Assembly: GCA_947479995.1 (NCBI GenBank)
Contig: CANKBT010000003.1
Coordinates: forward strand, 1 to 33,150
DNA length: 33,150 nucleotides
Direction of reading: 5' to 3'
DNA from: Frankiaceae bacterium
Lineage (GTDB): Bacteria; Actinomycetota; Actinomycetes; Mycobacteriales; SCTD01
Part shown: positions 20,544 to 33,047 of the stretch, in pieces
Layout of the letters: every line of letters begins with the position of its first letter
Numbering within the stretch: the first letter of the stretch is position 1
Made by a program: the position numbers and the translations under genes
The notes under the pieces: generated by a model
Database searches by the model: none
What the model saw: only the letters and a program-made list of their open reading frames with translations
Told to the model about the DNA's origin: nothing

Positions 20544-22963
20544 CGCTCGCCCCCGACCGGACCGACCTGGTCACCCTCACCATCGACGGGCTCGAGGTGA
20601 GCGTCCCGAAGGGGACGCTGCTCATCCGCGCCGCCGAGCAGCTCGGCATCCAGGTGCCGCGCTTCTGCGACCACCCGCTGCTGGACCCGGTCGGCGCCTG
20701 CCGCCAGTGCATCGTCGAGGTGGAGGGCCAGCGCAAGCCGCTGACGTCCTGCACCACCACGGTCACCGAGGGCATGGTCGTCAAGACGCAGCTGTCCTCG
20801 CCGGTGGCCAAGAAGGCGCAGCACGGCGTGCTGGAGCTGCTGCTCATCAACCACCCGCTCGACTGCCCGGTCTGCGACAAGGGCGGCGAGTGCCCGCTGC
20901 AGAACCAGGCGCTGTCGGCCGGCGGCGCGGAGTCGCGCTTCCACGACCGCAAGCGCACCTACCCCAAGCCGCTCGCCATCAGCAGCCAGGTGCTGCTCGA
21001 CCGCGAGCGCTGCGTGCTCTGCGCGCGCTGCACCCGCTTCTCGCAGCAGGTGGCGGGCGACCCGTTCATCGAGCTGTTCGAGCGCGGGGCGCTGCAGCAG
21101 GTCGCGATCTACACCGACACGCCCTTCGAGAGCTACTTCTCCGGCAACACGGTGCAGATCTGCCCGGTCGGCGCCCTCACCGGAGCGGCCTACCGCTTCC
21201 GCGCCCGCCCCTTCGACCTCGTCAGCTCGCCGATGGTGTGCGAGCACTGCGCCAGCGGCTGCGCCCTGCGCAGCGACCACCGGCGCGGCAAGGTGCTGCG
21301 GCGCCTGGCCGGCGACGACCCGGCGGTCAACGAGGAGTGGAACTGCGACAAGGGCCGCTGGGCCTTCCCGTGGTCGTCGCAGGCCGACCGCCTCACCGTG
21401 CCGCTGGTGCGCGACCTCGACACCGGCCGCCTCGTCGAGGCGTCGTGGACCGAGGCCCTCGAGCGCGCCGCGGCCGGCCTCGCGCTCGCCCGCGAGGAGG
21501 GCGGCGTCGGCGTGCTGCCCGGCGGCCGCCTCACCGTCGAGGACGCCTACGCGTACGCGAAGTTCTCGCGCGTCGCGCTGCGCACCAACGACGTCGACGC
21601 CCGCGTGCGCCCGCACAGCGACGAGGAGCTGGCCTTCCTCGCCTCCTCGGTCGCCGGGCGCTACGTCGGCGAGACCGTGACCTACGCCGACCTCGAGAGC
21701 GCGCCCGCCGTCGTCCTCGCCGGCTTCGAGCCGGAGGAGGAGTCGCCGATCGTCTTCCTGCGCCTGCGCAAGGCGGTCCGCCGCCACGGCACGCAGGTCT
21801 TCGCGCTCGCGCCGTTCCGCTCGCCCGGCGCGGTCAAGACCGCCGCCCGGCTGGTCGAGACGGTGCCCGGCCTGGAGGGCGAGGTGCTCGCCGCCCTGGC
21901 GCGCACCGACCTCGAGGGCGTCCCCGGCACCGCCGCGGCGGCGCTGCGCGAGCCCGGCGCCGTGCTGCTCGTCGGCGAGCGCCTCGCCGGCGCCGTCGGC
22001 GCGCTGTCGGCCGCGGCGGCACTCGCCGCCGAGACCGGCGCCCGTCTGGCCTGGGTGCCCCGCCGCGCCGGCGAGCGCGGTGCCGTCGACGCCGGCGCGC
22101 TGCCGACCCTGCTGCCCGGCGGCCGCCTGGTCGCCGACGTCGGCGCCCGCGCCGAGGTCGAGGCCGTCTGGGGCGCGCCCGTGCCCGGCGCGCCCGGCCG
22201 CAGCGCCGACGCGCTGCTCACCGCCGTCCGCGACGGCGCCCTCGCGGGCCTGCTCGTCGGCGGCGTCGACCCCGCCGACTGCCCCGACCCGGCGCTGGCC
22301 CTCGACGCCCTCGAGGCCGCGCAGTTCGTCGTCAGCCTGGAGGTGCGCCGCTCGCCGGTCACCGACCGCGCCGACGTCGTGCTGCCGGTCGCCCCGGCGG
22401 TCGAGAAGGAGGGCACCTACCTCGACTGGGAGGGCCGCGCCCGCCCGTTCGAGAAGGTGCTCCGGGCCTCCGGCGCGCTGTCGGACCTGCGCGTGCTGCA
22501 CGTGCTCGCCGACGAGCTCGACGCGCCGATCGGGCTGCCCGACGCCGCTGCCGCGCGCGCCGAGATCGCGCTGCTCGGCGCGCCGGGGGAGCACCCCGCG
22601 CCGCCGACCGTCGCGCCCGCCGGCCCGCCGGAGCCCGCGCGCGGGCAGGCCGTGCTGGCCACCTGGCACTGGCTGCTCGACGACGGCTCGCTGCAGGACG
22701 GCGAGCCCTTCCTGGCCGGCACCGCCAAGCGCAGCCGCCTGCACCTGTCGGCCGGCACCGCGGCCGAGGTCGGCGTGGCCGAGGGCGACCTGGTCACCGT
22801 GAGCACCGCGCGTGGCAGTCTCACCCTGCCCCTCGTCGTGGCCGACCTGCCCGACCGGGTCGTCTGGCTGCCCACCCGGTCGCCCGACGCCGCCGTACGC
22901 CGTGACCTCGTCGCCTCCGCCGGAGACGTGGTCGCGCTCTCGAAGGGACCGGCCCGCGCGTGA
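20540..22963 (+). CDS. nuoG: NADH-quinone oxidoreductase subunit G
   Basis: ATG 20540 (ATGA overlap); [50 protein letters not shown]...CDKGR. Confidence 0.97.
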   Translation: MTLAPDRTDLVTLTIDGLEVSVPKGTLLIRAAEQLGIQVPRFCDHPLLDPVGACRQCIVEVEGQRKPLTSCTTTVTEGMVVKTQLSSPVAKKAQHGVLELLLINHPLDCPVCDKGGECPLQNQALSAGGAESRFHDRKRTYPKPLAISSQVLLDRERCVLCARCTRFSQQVAGDPFIELFERGALQQVAIYTDTPFESYFSGNTVQICPVGALTGAAYRFRARPFDLVSSPMVCEHCASGCALRSDHRRGKVLRRLAGDDPAVNEEWNCDKGRWAFPWSSQADRLTVPLVRDLDTGRLVEASWTEALERAAAGLALAREEGGVGVLPGGRLTVEDAYAYAKFSRVALRTNDVDARVRPHSDEELAFLASSVAGRYVGETVTYADLESAPAVVLAGFEPEEESPIVFLRLRKAVRRHGTQVFALAPFRSPGAVKTAARLVETVPGLEGEVLAALARTDLEGVPGTAAAALREPGAVLLVGERLAGAVGALSAAAALAAETGARLAWVPRRAGERGAVDAGALPTLLPGGRLVADVGARAEVEAVWGAPVPGAPGRSADALLTAVRDGALAGLLVGGVDPADCPDPALALDALEAAQFVVSLEVRRSPVTDRADVVLPVAPAVEKEGTYLDWEGRARPFEKVLRASGALSDLRVLHVLADELDAPIGLPDAAAARAEIALLGAPGEHPAPPTVAPAGPPEPARGQAVLATWHWLLDDGSLQDGEPFLAGTAKRSRLHLSAGTAAEVGVAEGDLVTVSTARGSLTLPLVVADLPDRVVWLPTRSPDAAVRRDLVASAGDVVALSKGPARA

Positions 22964-24273
22964 ACGACACCGTGACCGCCCTCGGCAACGAGCCGTTCTG
23001 GCTGGTGGCCGCCAAGGCGGTCTTCGTCTTCGTCCTGCTCGTGCTGCTGACGCTGTTCACCATCGTGTTCGAGCGCAAGGTCGTCGGCCGCATGCAGCAG
23101 CGCCCCGGCCCCAACCGGGTCGGCCCGGGCGGCTGGCTGCAGTCGCTCGCGGACGGGCTCAAGCTGGCGCTCAAGGAGGAGATCATCCCGGCGCTGGCCG
23201 ACAAGCCGGTCTACGTCCTGGCGCCGCTGGTCTCCGCGATCCCCGCGTTCCTCGCGTTCTCGGTCATCCCCTTCGGCCCCGAGGTCTCGGTGGCCGGCGA
23301 GCGCACCGCGCTGCAGCTCACCGACCTGCCGATCGGCGTGCTGTTCATCCTGGCCACCGGCAGCGTCGGCGTCTTCGGCCTGGTGCTCGCCGGCTGGAGC
23401 AGCGGCTCGACCTACCCGCTGCTGGGCGGCCTGCGGTCCGCCGCGCAGGTCATCAGCTACGAGGTGGCGATGGGCCTGGCGCTCGTCGCGGTGTTCATCT
23501 ACTCCGGCTCGCTCTCGACGAGCACGATCGTCGCCGCGCAGGACGACCTGTGGTTCGTGCTCACGCTGCCGGTCAGCTTCGTCATCTACGTCATCGCGAT
23601 GGTCGGCGAGACCAACCGCGCGCCCTTCGACCTCCCCGAGGCCGAGAGCGAGCTGGTCGGCGGCTTCCACACCGAGTACACCTCGCTGAAGTTCGCGATG
23701 TTCTTCCTCGCCGAGTACATCAACATGATCACCGTCTCGGCGCTGGCCGTGACGCTGTTCCTCGGCGGCTGGCAGGCCCCGCCGCTGCTGAGCCGGGTGG
23801 AGGTGCTGTCGACCGGCTGGTTCCCGCTCGTGTGGTTCCTGCTCAAGGTCGTCGCGTTCCTGTTCTTCTTCGTCTGGCTGCGCGGCACGCTCCCGCGGAT
23901 GCGCTACGACCAGTTCATGAAGCTGGGCTGGAAGGTGCTCATCCCGGTCGCCCTGCTGTGGATCCTGCTCGTCGCCGCCATGCGCGTCGCGACCGACGAG
24001 CTCGACCGCGAGCAGCTGCTGCTCGGCGGCGGCGCGGTCGTGCTGCTCGTGCTGCTGGCCTCGGCGCTGATCCCCGACAAGCCCGCGCCCGAGCGCCCGG
24101 CCGACGCGCCGCAGGCGGCGCTCGTGCCCCAGGCCGAGGGCGGCTTCCCCGTGCCCCCGCTCGACCTGTCCGTCCCGCCGACCCCGCGGTCGCTGGCGCG
24201 CGCTGCCGTCGCCCCCGCGGGCGCCGGTGCCGGCACCGACCCCGCGCCCACCCCCGAGGAGGCCTCGCCGTGA
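22960..24273 (+). CDS. nuoH: NADH-quinone oxidoreductase subunit H
   Basis: [50 protein letters not shown]. Confidence 0.97.
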   Translation: MNDTVTALGNEPFWLVAAKAVFVFVLLVLLTLFTIVFERKVVGRMQQRPGPNRVGPGGWLQSLADGLKLALKEEIIPALADKPVYVLAPLVSAIPAFLAFSVIPFGPEVSVAGERTALQLTDLPIGVLFILATGSVGVFGLVLAGWSSGSTYPLLGGLRSAAQVISYEVAMGLALVAVFIYSGSLSTSTIVAAQDDLWFVLTLPVSFVIYVIAMVGETNRAPFDLPEAESELVGGFHTEYTSLKFAMFFLAEYINMITVSALAVTLFLGGWQAPPLLSRVEVLSTGWFPLVWFLLKVVAFLFFFVWLRGTLPRMRYDQFMKLGWKVLIPVALLWILLVAAMRVATDELDREQLLLGGGAVVLLVLLASALIPDKPAPERPADAPQAALVPQAEGGFPVPPLDLSVPPTPRSLARAAVAPAGAGAGTDPAPTPEEASP

Positions 24274-24788
24274 GCGCACTCGACCCCGTCAAGGGGTTCG
24301 GCGTCACCTTCGGCGCCATGTTCAAGAAGGTCGCGACCGAGGAGTACCCGGAGCAGGTCAAGGCCGTCGCCCCGCGCTACCACGGGCGCCACGTGCTCAA
24401 CCGGCACCCGGACGGCCTGGAGAAGTGCATCGGCTGCGAGCTGTGCGCCTGGGCCTGCCCGGCCGACGCGATCTACGTCGAGGGCGCCGACAACACCGAC
24501 GACGCGCGCTACAGCCCCGGCGAGCGCTTCGCCGCCGTCTACCAGATCAACTACCTGCGCTGCATCTTCTGCGGCCTGTGCATCGAGGCCTGCCCGACCC
24601 GCTCGCTCACGATGACCAACGAGTACGAGCTGGCCGACGACTCCCGCGCCGACTTGGTCTTCACCAAGTCCGACCTGCTGGCGCCGCTGCTGGCCGGCAT
24701 GGAGCAGCCGCCGCACCCGATGCGGCTGGGCGAGACCGACACCGACTACTACGTGCGCGCCGGCCGCCCCGCCGAGGAGGCGTCGTGA
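24270..24788 (+). CDS. nuoI: NADH-quinone oxidoreductase subunit I
   Basis: GTG 24270 (GTGA overlap); two CxxCxxCxxxCP motifs. Confidence 0.97.
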   Translation: MSALDPVKGFGVTFGAMFKKVATEEYPEQVKAVAPRYHGRHVLNRHPDGLEKCIGCELCAWACPADAIYVEGADNTDDARYSPGERFAAVYQINYLRCIFCGLCIEACPTRSLTMTNEYELADDSRADLVFTKSDLLAPLLAGMEQPPHPMRLGETDTDYYVRAGRPAEEAS

Positions 24789-25609
24789 GCGCGCTCGCCG
24801 ACGGCCTGCTGCTCGCCGCGGAGCCCGGCACCGCCGGCACCGGCGAGCAGGTGGCGTTCTGGGTGTTCGCGCCGATCGCCACCGTCGCCGCGCTCGGCAT
24901 GGTGCTGGCGCGCAACGCCGTGCACGCCGCGCTCATGCTCGCGGCGGTGATGCTCAGCTTCGCCGGGCTCTACGCCGTGCAGGACGCGCCCTTCCTCGCG
25001 GCCGTGCAGGTGATCGTCTACACCGGCGCCATCCTCATGCTGTTCCTGTTCGTGCTCATGCTGGTCGGCGTCGACAGCAGCGACTCGCTCGTCGAGACGC
25101 TGCGCGGCCACCGCATCGCCACCGGCCTGGTCGGGCTCGGCTTCGCCGGCGTGCTCATGGGCGCGCTCGCCAGCGCCGTGGCCGACACCGAGACCTCCGG
25201 GCTCGCCGGCCCCAACGCCGAGGGCAACGTCGTCGGCATCGCCCGGCTGCTGTTCACCCGCTACGTCTTCGCCTTCGAGGTGACGAGCGCGCTGCTCATC
25301 ACCGCGGCGCTCGGCGCCATGGTGCTCGCCCACAAGGAGCGCACCACGCACGTCGACCAGCGCGAGCAGGCCCGCCGCCGCTTCGCCGGCGACAGCCCGC
25401 TGCCGCTGCCCGGGCCGGGCGTCTTCGCCGACCACGGCAGCAGCGCCAGCCCGGCCCTGCTGCCCGACGGCCGCCCGGCCCCGAGCAGCGTGTCGAGCGC
25501 GCTCGAGGCCGAGGAGGAGCCCGCCGTCGCCGGCGGCACCGGCGGGGCCGGCAGCCGCGGCCGCACCGGGAGCCCCGACGCCACCGCCCAGGACCGGGGG
25601 CTGCTGTGA
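24785..25609 (+). CDS. nuoJ: NADH-quinone oxidoreductase subunit J
   Basis: GTG 24785 (GTGA overlap); [27 protein letters not shown]. Confidence 0.95.
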   Translation: MSALADGLLLAAEPGTAGTGEQVAFWVFAPIATVAALGMVLARNAVHAALMLAAVMLSFAGLYAVQDAPFLAAVQVIVYTGAILMLFLFVLMLVGVDSSDSLVETLRGHRIATGLVGLGFAGVLMGALASAVADTETSGLAGPNAEGNVVGIARLLFTRYVFAFEVTSALLITAALGAMVLAHKERTTHVDQREQARRRFAGDSPLPLPGPGVFADHGSSASPALLPDGRPAPSSVSSALEAEEEPAVAGGTGGAGSRGRTGSPDATAQDRGLL

Positions 25610-25905
25610 GCCCGAGCGCCTACCTGCTGCTCGCCGCGCTGCTGTTCACCATCGGCGCGGTCGGCGTCCTCACCCGCCGCAACGCGATCCTCGTGTTCAT
25701 GTGCGTGGAGTTGATGCTCAACTCCGTCAACCTCACGCTGGTCACCTTCAGCCGCGTCAACGGCGACCTCGACGGCCAGGTCATGGCCTTCTTCGTCATG
25801 GTCGTCGCCGCCGCGGAGGTCGTGGTCGGCCTGGCGATCATCATGAGCATCTTCCGCACCCGGCGCTCGGCGTCGGTCGACGACGCCAACCTGCTCAAGT
25901 ACTAG
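25606..25905 (+). CDS. nuoK: NADH-quinone oxidoreductase subunit K
   Basis: [28 protein letters not shown]. Confidence 0.97.
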   Translation: MSPSAYLLLAALLFTIGAVGVLTRRNAILVFMCVELMLNSVNLTLVTFSRVNGDLDGQVMAFFVMVVAAAEVVVGLAIIMSIFRTRRSASVDDANLLKY

Positions 25906-26050
25906 ACAGTCCCCGGCGCCCCTGCCCCGCGCCGTGCCCGAGACCGTGCCCCCAGACCGCGCCCCGACGGCCCCGACGCCGACGGCCACGACCGAAGACG
26001 AGGACCTGCCCCGTGCCTGCGCGCGCTGACGACGTCCGGCGAGCCGACCG

Positions 26051-27994
<1,944 letters not shown>

Positions 27995-27997
27995 GCC

Positions 27998-29701
27998 GTG
28001 GACGACTTCCCCTGGCTGACCGTCATCGGCGCCACGCCGCTGCTCGGCGTCGCCGTGATCCTCGCCCTGCCGCGCGGCCGCGACCTGCTCGTCAAGCAGG
28101 TCGCGCTGCTCACCTCGCTCGTCGTGCTCGGCCTGACGATCGCGATGTGCGCCCGCTTCGAGCCGGCCGGCGCGCGCTTCCAGTTCACCGAGGCCTACGA
28201 CTGGATCCCGGCGTTCGGCGTGCAGTACGCCGTCGGCGTCGACGGCATCGCCCTGGTGCTCATCGCGCTCGTGGCGGTGCTCGTGCCGGTCGTGCTGCTC
28301 GCGTCGTGGCACGACGCCGACCCCGTCGAGGCGACCGCGGCGGAGGCGGCCGCCGCGTCCGAGCGGGCCGTCGTCGCCCGCGCCGCCGCGTCGACCGGCG
28401 GCGGCAGCACGCGCGTCGCGACCGTCGAGGGCCCGCCCGCCGGCGGCGCCCTGCGCCCCGGGCGCTCGGTGAAGACCTTCTTCAGCCTGCTGCTGGTGCT
28501 CGAGACGATGATGGTCGGCGTCTTCGCCGCCACCGACGTCTTCCTGTTCTACGTCTTCTTCGAGGCGATGCTCATCCCGATGTACTTCCTCATCGGGAGC
28601 TACGGCGGCCCGCGCCGCGCGTACGCGTCGGTGAAGTTCTTGCTCTACAGCCTGTTCGGCGGGCTGCTCATGCTGGCCTCGGTGATCGGCCTCTACGTCG
28701 CCGCCGGCGACCAGCTGGCGAGCGGCACCTTCAACTTCCTGGCGCTCACCCAGCTCGAGCTGAGCACCACCCACCAGGTGTGGCTGTTCCTCGGGTTCTT
28801 CCTCGCCTTCGCGATCAAGGCCCCGCTGTTCCCCTTCCACACCTGGCTGCCCGACGCCGGTGCCGAGGCGCCGGTCGGCGCGGCGGTGCTGCTCGTCGGC
28901 GTGCTCGACAAGGTCGGCACCTACGGCTTCCTGCGCTACTGCCTGCCGCTGTTCCCCGACGCGTCCCGCGAGCTGGCGCCGTACGTCATCGCGCTGTCCG
29001 TGATCGGCGTGCTGTACGGCGCGCTGCTGGCCATGGGCCAGAAGGACCTCAAGCGCTTCGTCAGCTACACCTCGATCGCGCACTTCGGCTTCATCGGCCT
29101 CGGCGTCTTCGCGTTCACGACCCAGGCGCAGACCGGCGCGGTGCTCTACATGGTCAACCACGGCCTGTCGACGGGCGCGCTGTTCCTCGTCATCGGCTTC
29201 CTCGTGGCCCGCGGCCGCACCCGCGACGTCGACGCGTACGGCGGCGTCGCCAAGGTCGCGCCGCTGCTGGCCGGCGCCTTCCTCGTCGCCGGCCTGTCGT
29301 CGCTGGCGCTGCCGGGCCTGTCGACCTTCATCAGCGAGTTCCTCGTGCTGGTCGGGTCCTTCCAGCGCTACGAGGTCGCGACCGTGCTCGCGACGATCGG
29401 CATCGTGCTGGCGGCGCTGTACGTGCTGCTGGCCTACCAGCGCACGATGCAGGGCCCGCTCAACCCGGTGCACGCCCGGATGCCCGACCTCAAGGGGCGC
29501 GAGGTGCTCGCCGTGGCGCCGCTCGTCGCGCTCATGGTCTTCCTCGGCTTCTACCCGAAGCCGCTCACCGACGTCATCGAGCCCGCCGTGCGCTGCACGC
29601 AGGCCGACCTCGGCTTCAGCGACCCGCAGCCCGACGAGGGCGAGGGCGTCGAGAGCGACGCGCCGACGCCCGCCGACTGCCAGACCACCGGGGAGCGGTA
29701 G
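27998..29701 (+). CDS. nuoM: NADH-quinone oxidoreductase subunit M
   Basis: FYVFFEAMLIP, IKAPLFPFHTWLPDA, YTSIAH, LPGLSTFISE. Confidence 0.96.
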   Translation: MDDFPWLTVIGATPLLGVAVILALPRGRDLLVKQVALLTSLVVLGLTIAMCARFEPAGARFQFTEAYDWIPAFGVQYAVGVDGIALVLIALVAVLVPVVLLASWHDADPVEATAAEAAAASERAVVARAAASTGGGSTRVATVEGPPAGGALRPGRSVKTFFSLLLVLETMMVGVFAATDVFLFYVFFEAMLIPMYFLIGSYGGPRRAYASVKFLLYSLFGGLLMLASVIGLYVAAGDQLASGTFNFLALTQLELSTTHQVWLFLGFFLAFAIKAPLFPFHTWLPDAGAEAPVGAAVLLVGVLDKVGTYGFLRYCLPLFPDASRELAPYVIALSVIGVLYGALLAMGQKDLKRFVSYTSIAHFGFIGLGVFAFTTQAQTGAVLYMVNHGLSTGALFLVIGFLVARGRTRDVDAYGGVAKVAPLLAGAFLVAGLSSLALPGLSTFISEFLVLVGSFQRYEVATVLATIGIVLAALYVLLAYQRTMQGPLNPVHARMPDLKGREVLAVAPLVALMVFLGFYPKPLTDVIEPAVRCTQADLGFSDPQPDEGEGVESDAPTPADCQTTGER

Positions 29702-31239
29702 TGCCCGTCGACATCGAGTCCGTGCCGGTCGCGTACTCCGCGATCCTGCCGATGCTGCTCGTCCTCGGCGCCGCCGCCGTCGGCGTGCTCGTCGAGGCCT
29801 TCGTGCCGGCCGCGCGCCGCCGCGTCGCGCAGGTCGTCGTCGCCCTCGCCGGCCTCGTCGGCGGCCTGGTCGCCGTCGTCGCGCTCGCGGGCGAGCCCGA
29901 CCGGCTGGTCGTCGGCGACGCCATCGCGATCGACGGCCCGACGCTGTTCCTGCAGGGCACGCTGTGCCTGCTCGGCATCGGTGCGGTGCTGCTGCTGTCC
30001 GAGAGCAGCCTCGACAGCTCCGGCGGCGACATCGTCAGCAGCGCCGCGGCCCTGCCCGGCACCCGCGAGGACCTCCGGCTCGCCGAGAGCCAGGGCGTGC
30101 AGACCGAGGTCTACCCGCTCGCGATGTTCGCCCTCGGCGGCATGCTGCTGTTCCCGGCGTCGAACAACCTCATCCTCATGTTCATCGCCCTCGAGGTGCT
30201 GTCGCTGCCGCTGTACCTCATGGCCGGGCTCGCCCGCCGCCGCCGCCTGCTGTCGCAGGAGGCCGCCGTGAAGTACTTCCTGCTCGGCGCGTTCTCCTCG
30301 GCCTTCTTCCTCTACGGCGTCGCGCTGCTCTACGGCTACGCCGGCACGGTCGACCTCGGCGGGGTGCGCGAGGCCACGCTGCTCGCGCAGGACGACGACC
30401 TGCTGCTCTACCTGGGCCTGGCGATGCTGGCCGTCGGGCTGCTGTTCAAGGTCGGCGCGGTGCCCTTCCAGGCCTGGACGCCCGACGTCTACCAGGGCTC
30501 GCCGACCGCCGTCACCGCCCTCATGGCGTCGGCCACCAAGGTCGCCGGCTTCGGCGCGCTGCTGCGCGTGCTCTACGTCGGCGTCGCCGAGGTGCGCTGG
30601 GACTGGCGCCCGGCGCTGTGGGCCGTCGCCATCCTCACGATGGTCGCCGGCGCGCTGCTGGCCGTGACGCAGACCGACGTGAAGCGCATGCTCGCCTACT
30701 CCTCGGTGGCGCACACCGGCTTCCTGCTCGTCGGCGTCGTCACCCTCGACACCGACGGCCTGGCGGGCACGCTGTTCTACCTGCTCACCTACGGCTTCAC
30801 GACGATCGCCGCCTTCGCGGTCGTGACGATGGTGCGCGACAGCGCCGGCGAGGCGACGCACCTGTCGTCGTGGGCCGGGCTCGGGCGGCGCAGCCCGCTG
30901 CTGGCCGGCACCTTCGCGCTGCTGCTGTTCGCGCTCGCCGGCATCCCGCTCACGAGCGGCTTCACCGCCAAGTTCGCGGTGTTCCAGCCGGCCCTGGACG
31001 ACGCGCTGCCGCTCGTCGTGGTCGGCGTCGTCGCCAGCGCCGTCACGGCGTTCTTCTACGCCCGCGTCGTGGTGCTCATGTTCTTCACCGACCCGGCGCC
31101 CGACGGCCCGTCGGTGGCGGTGCCGAGCGGCTTCACCACCGCCGCGATCGCGCTCGGCGCGGCCGTGACGGTCGTCGCGGGCGTCGTGCCGCAGCCGCTG
31201 CTCGACCTCGCGCAGTCGGCCGCCCTGTTCACCCGGTGA
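29701..31239 (+). CDS. nuoN: NADH-quinone oxidoreductase subunit N
   Basis: GTG 29701 (TAGTG overlap); EAAVKYFLLG, FKVGAVPFQAWTPDVYQG, KRMLAYSSVAH, LAGIPLTSGF. Confidence 0.96.
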   Translation: MPVDIESVPVAYSAILPMLLVLGAAAVGVLVEAFVPAARRRVAQVVVALAGLVGGLVAVVALAGEPDRLVVGDAIAIDGPTLFLQGTLCLLGIGAVLLLSESSLDSSGGDIVSSAAALPGTREDLRLAESQGVQTEVYPLAMFALGGMLLFPASNNLILMFIALEVLSLPLYLMAGLARRRRLLSQEAAVKYFLLGAFSSAFFLYGVALLYGYAGTVDLGGVREATLLAQDDDLLLYLGLAMLAVGLLFKVGAVPFQAWTPDVYQGSPTAVTALMASATKVAGFGALLRVLYVGVAEVRWDWRPALWAVAILTMVAGALLAVTQTDVKRMLAYSSVAHTGFLLVGVVTLDTDGLAGTLFYLLTYGFTTIAAFAVVTMVRDSAGEATHLSSWAGLGRRSPLLAGTFALLLFALAGIPLTSGFTAKFAVFQPALDDALPLVVVGVVASAVTAFFYARVVVLMFFTDPAPDGPSVAVPSGFTTAAIALGAAVTVVAGVVPQPLLDLAQSAALFTR

Positions 31240-31285
31240 CCCCCGCCGGCCGGGCTCCCGTGGGGCCGGGCCGGGCCCGCGCCAC

Positions 31286-31291
31286 TACAGT
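31286..31291 (+). promoter_or_regulatory. Putative -10 element (TACAGT) for a leaderless polyprenyl synthase transcript
   Basis: TANNNT hexamer 6 nt before GTG 31298; no Shine-Dalgarno sequence. Confidence 0.55.
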
Positions 31292-31297
31292 CTGGGC

Positions 31298-32320
31298 GTG
31301 ACCCTCCCCGCCGCCTCGACCCGCCCCGCGTCCCTCGGCGAGGCCTTCGAGGCGACCGACCCGGCGCTGTCGGCGGCCCTGCGCGAGGGCCTGGTCCGGG
31401 TCGAGGAGCGGCTGCACGAGGTCGCCGACGCCGGCCACCCGCTGCTGCGCCAGGCCTCCCGCCACCTCGTCGACGCCGGCGGCAAGCGCTTCCGCCCGCT
31501 GCTCGCGCTGCTCGCCGGCCAGCTCGGCGACGGCGCCGCCCCCGAGGTGGTCGAGGCGGCCGTGGTCGTCGAGCTGACCCACCTCGCGACCCTCTACCAC
31601 GACGACGTGCAGGACGAGGCCGACGTGCGCCGGGGCGCCGAGAGCGCCAACGCCCACTGGACCAACACCGTCGCCATCCTCACCGGCGACTACCTGTTCG
31701 CCCGCGCGTCCGACCTCGTCGCCGACCTCGGCCCCGACGCCGTGCGCATCCAGGCCCGCACCTTCGCCCGCCTCGTCGAGGGGCAGATCAGCGAGACGGC
31801 CGGGCCCGCCGACGGCGAGGACGCCGTCGCGCACCACCTGCAGGTCGTCGCCGACAAGACCGGCTCGCTCATCGCCACCAGCGCCCGCCTCGGCGCCCTG
31901 CTGTCCGGCGCGCCGGCGGCCAGCGTCGACGCCGTCACCCGCTACGCCGAGGTCGTCGGCATCGCCTTCCAGCTCTCCGACGACCTCATCGACGTGCTCA
32001 GCGAGACGGGGGAGTCGGGCAAGACGCCCGGCACCGACCTGCGCGAGGGCGTCCGCACGCTGCCGGCGCTCGAGGCCCTCGCCGGCACCGACCCCGCCGA
32101 GGCGCGCCTGCGCGAGCTGGTCGCCCGGCCGCTGCCCGACGACGCCGAGCACGCCGAGGCGCTCGCCCTGCTGCGCGGCTCGGCCGCCGTCGGCGCCGCC
32201 CGCGACCGCCTCACCGCCGCGCTGGACGACGCCCGCGCCATCGCCCGCGAGCTGCCGGCCGGCCCCGTCCCCGACGCCCTGCTCGGCCTCGCCGACTTCG
32301 TGCAGGCCCGCACCGGCTGA
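31298..32320 (+). CDS. trans-Polyprenyl diphosphate synthase (HepT/GrcC-like; probably makes the menaquinone side chain)
   Basis: GGKRFRP, first Asp-rich motif HDDVQD..RRG, KTG, second motif FQLSDDLID, GKTPGTDLREG. Confidence 0.93.
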   Translation: MTLPAASTRPASLGEAFEATDPALSAALREGLVRVEERLHEVADAGHPLLRQASRHLVDAGGKRFRPLLALLAGQLGDGAAPEVVEAAVVVELTHLATLYHDDVQDEADVRRGAESANAHWTNTVAILTGDYLFARASDLVADLGPDAVRIQARTFARLVEGQISETAGPADGEDAVAHHLQVVADKTGSLIATSARLGALLSGAPAASVDAVTRYAEVVGIAFQLSDDLIDVLSETGESGKTPGTDLREGVRTLPALEALAGTDPAEARLRELVARPLPDDAEHAEALALLRGSAAVGAARDRLTAALDDARAIARELPAGPVPDALLGLADFVQARTG

Positions 32321-32362
32321 CCGCTGGCCCCTCGGCCAGCCTCCCTTCGCCCGCTCCCGCCT

Positions 32363-32686
32363 TGCGTCTGCCCGACGCGTCCGGGGAGCCCCCGCCTGCA
32401 GCAGACATAACGGCCGCGGGGCGCAGGCCGCCGGCCGCGGGCGCGTAGCCGTGAGGCGGCAACTCCCCTGCGTCTGCCCGACGCGTCCGGAGAGCCCCCG
32501 CCTGCAGCAGACGCATCGACCGCGGGGCGCAGGCGCCGTGGCCACGAGGCGGCGTGACCAGCCCTACGTCTGCCCGACGCGTCCGGAGAGTCCCCGCCTG
32601 CAGCAGACGCGACGGTCAAGGGGCGGCGTCTGCTGCCCTTGCGTCTGCCCGAAGCGTCCGGGGCGCCCCCGCCTGCGGCAGACGCA
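32363..32686. repeat. Array of four 47-bp palindromic (REP/MITE-like) direct repeats
   Basis: Consensus TGCGTCTGCCCGACGCGTCCGG(G/A)GAGCCCCCGCCTGCAGCAGACGCA at 32363-32409, 32469-32515, 32565-32611 and 32640-32686; 9-bp terminal inverted repeat TGCGTCTGC/GCAGACGCA in the consensus; spacers 59, 49 and 28 bp. Confidence 0.93.
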
Positions 32687-32752
32687 ACGGGGCGGCGAGG
32701 CCGGCGGACGCCGCGGCCGTGAGGCGGCCGCTGCCGCGGGTAGGCAGTCGGC

Positions 32753-33028
32753 GTGAGCGACGTGCGGTACGTGCCCGAGCGGTCCCGGTTCGAGCTCGAC
32801 TGCCCGGGCGGCCCCGCCGTCCTCACGTACGTGCGCGCCGGCGACCGCGTCGTCATGGACCACACGCTCGTGCCGCCCGCGAGCGGCGGCAGCGGCGTCG
32901 GCAGCGCGCTGGTGCGCGCCGGCCTCACCTGGGCGGCTCAGCACGACCTCGTCGTCGTCCCGCAGTGCTGGTTCGTGCGCGGCTGGCTCGACCGGCACCC
33001 CGGCGAGCTCGCGGTGCGCGTCGCCTGA
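32753..33028 (+). CDS. Small GNAT-family N-acetyltransferase (YjdJ-like)
   Basis: 91 aa; RFEL, DHTLVPP..GGSGVGSALV, VVPQCWFV..WLDRHP. Confidence 0.88.
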   Translation: MSDVRYVPERSRFELDCPGGPAVLTYVRAGDRVVMDHTLVPPASGGSGVGSALVRAGLTWAAQHDLVVVPQCWFVRGWLDRHPGELAVRVA

Positions 33029-33031
33029 CGA

Positions 33032-33047
33032 CGCCGAGCGATCGGCG
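33032..33047. terminator. Short hairpin between convergent genes (possible terminator)
   Basis: CGCCGA-GCGA-TCGGCG, a 6-bp stem with a GNRA loop; no U-tract. Confidence 0.4.

Noticed and set aside
32363-32686. CRISPR array
   Set aside because: Spacers vary from 28 to 59 bp and resemble each other, the repeats are degenerate throughout, and there is no AT-rich leader or cas gene.
32738-32743. GGGTAG as a SigB/SigF-type -10 element for the GNAT gene
   Set aside because: The position is plausible, but there is no convincing -35 partner and such a short motif is weak evidence in GC-rich DNA.
32451-32756. 101-aa Cys-containing repeat ORF as a real gene or second precursor peptide
   Set aside because: It is the translation of the palindromic DNA repeats. 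Unit 1 is out of frame (period 106), codon usage is atypical and there is no clear RBS, so it is kept only as a side note.
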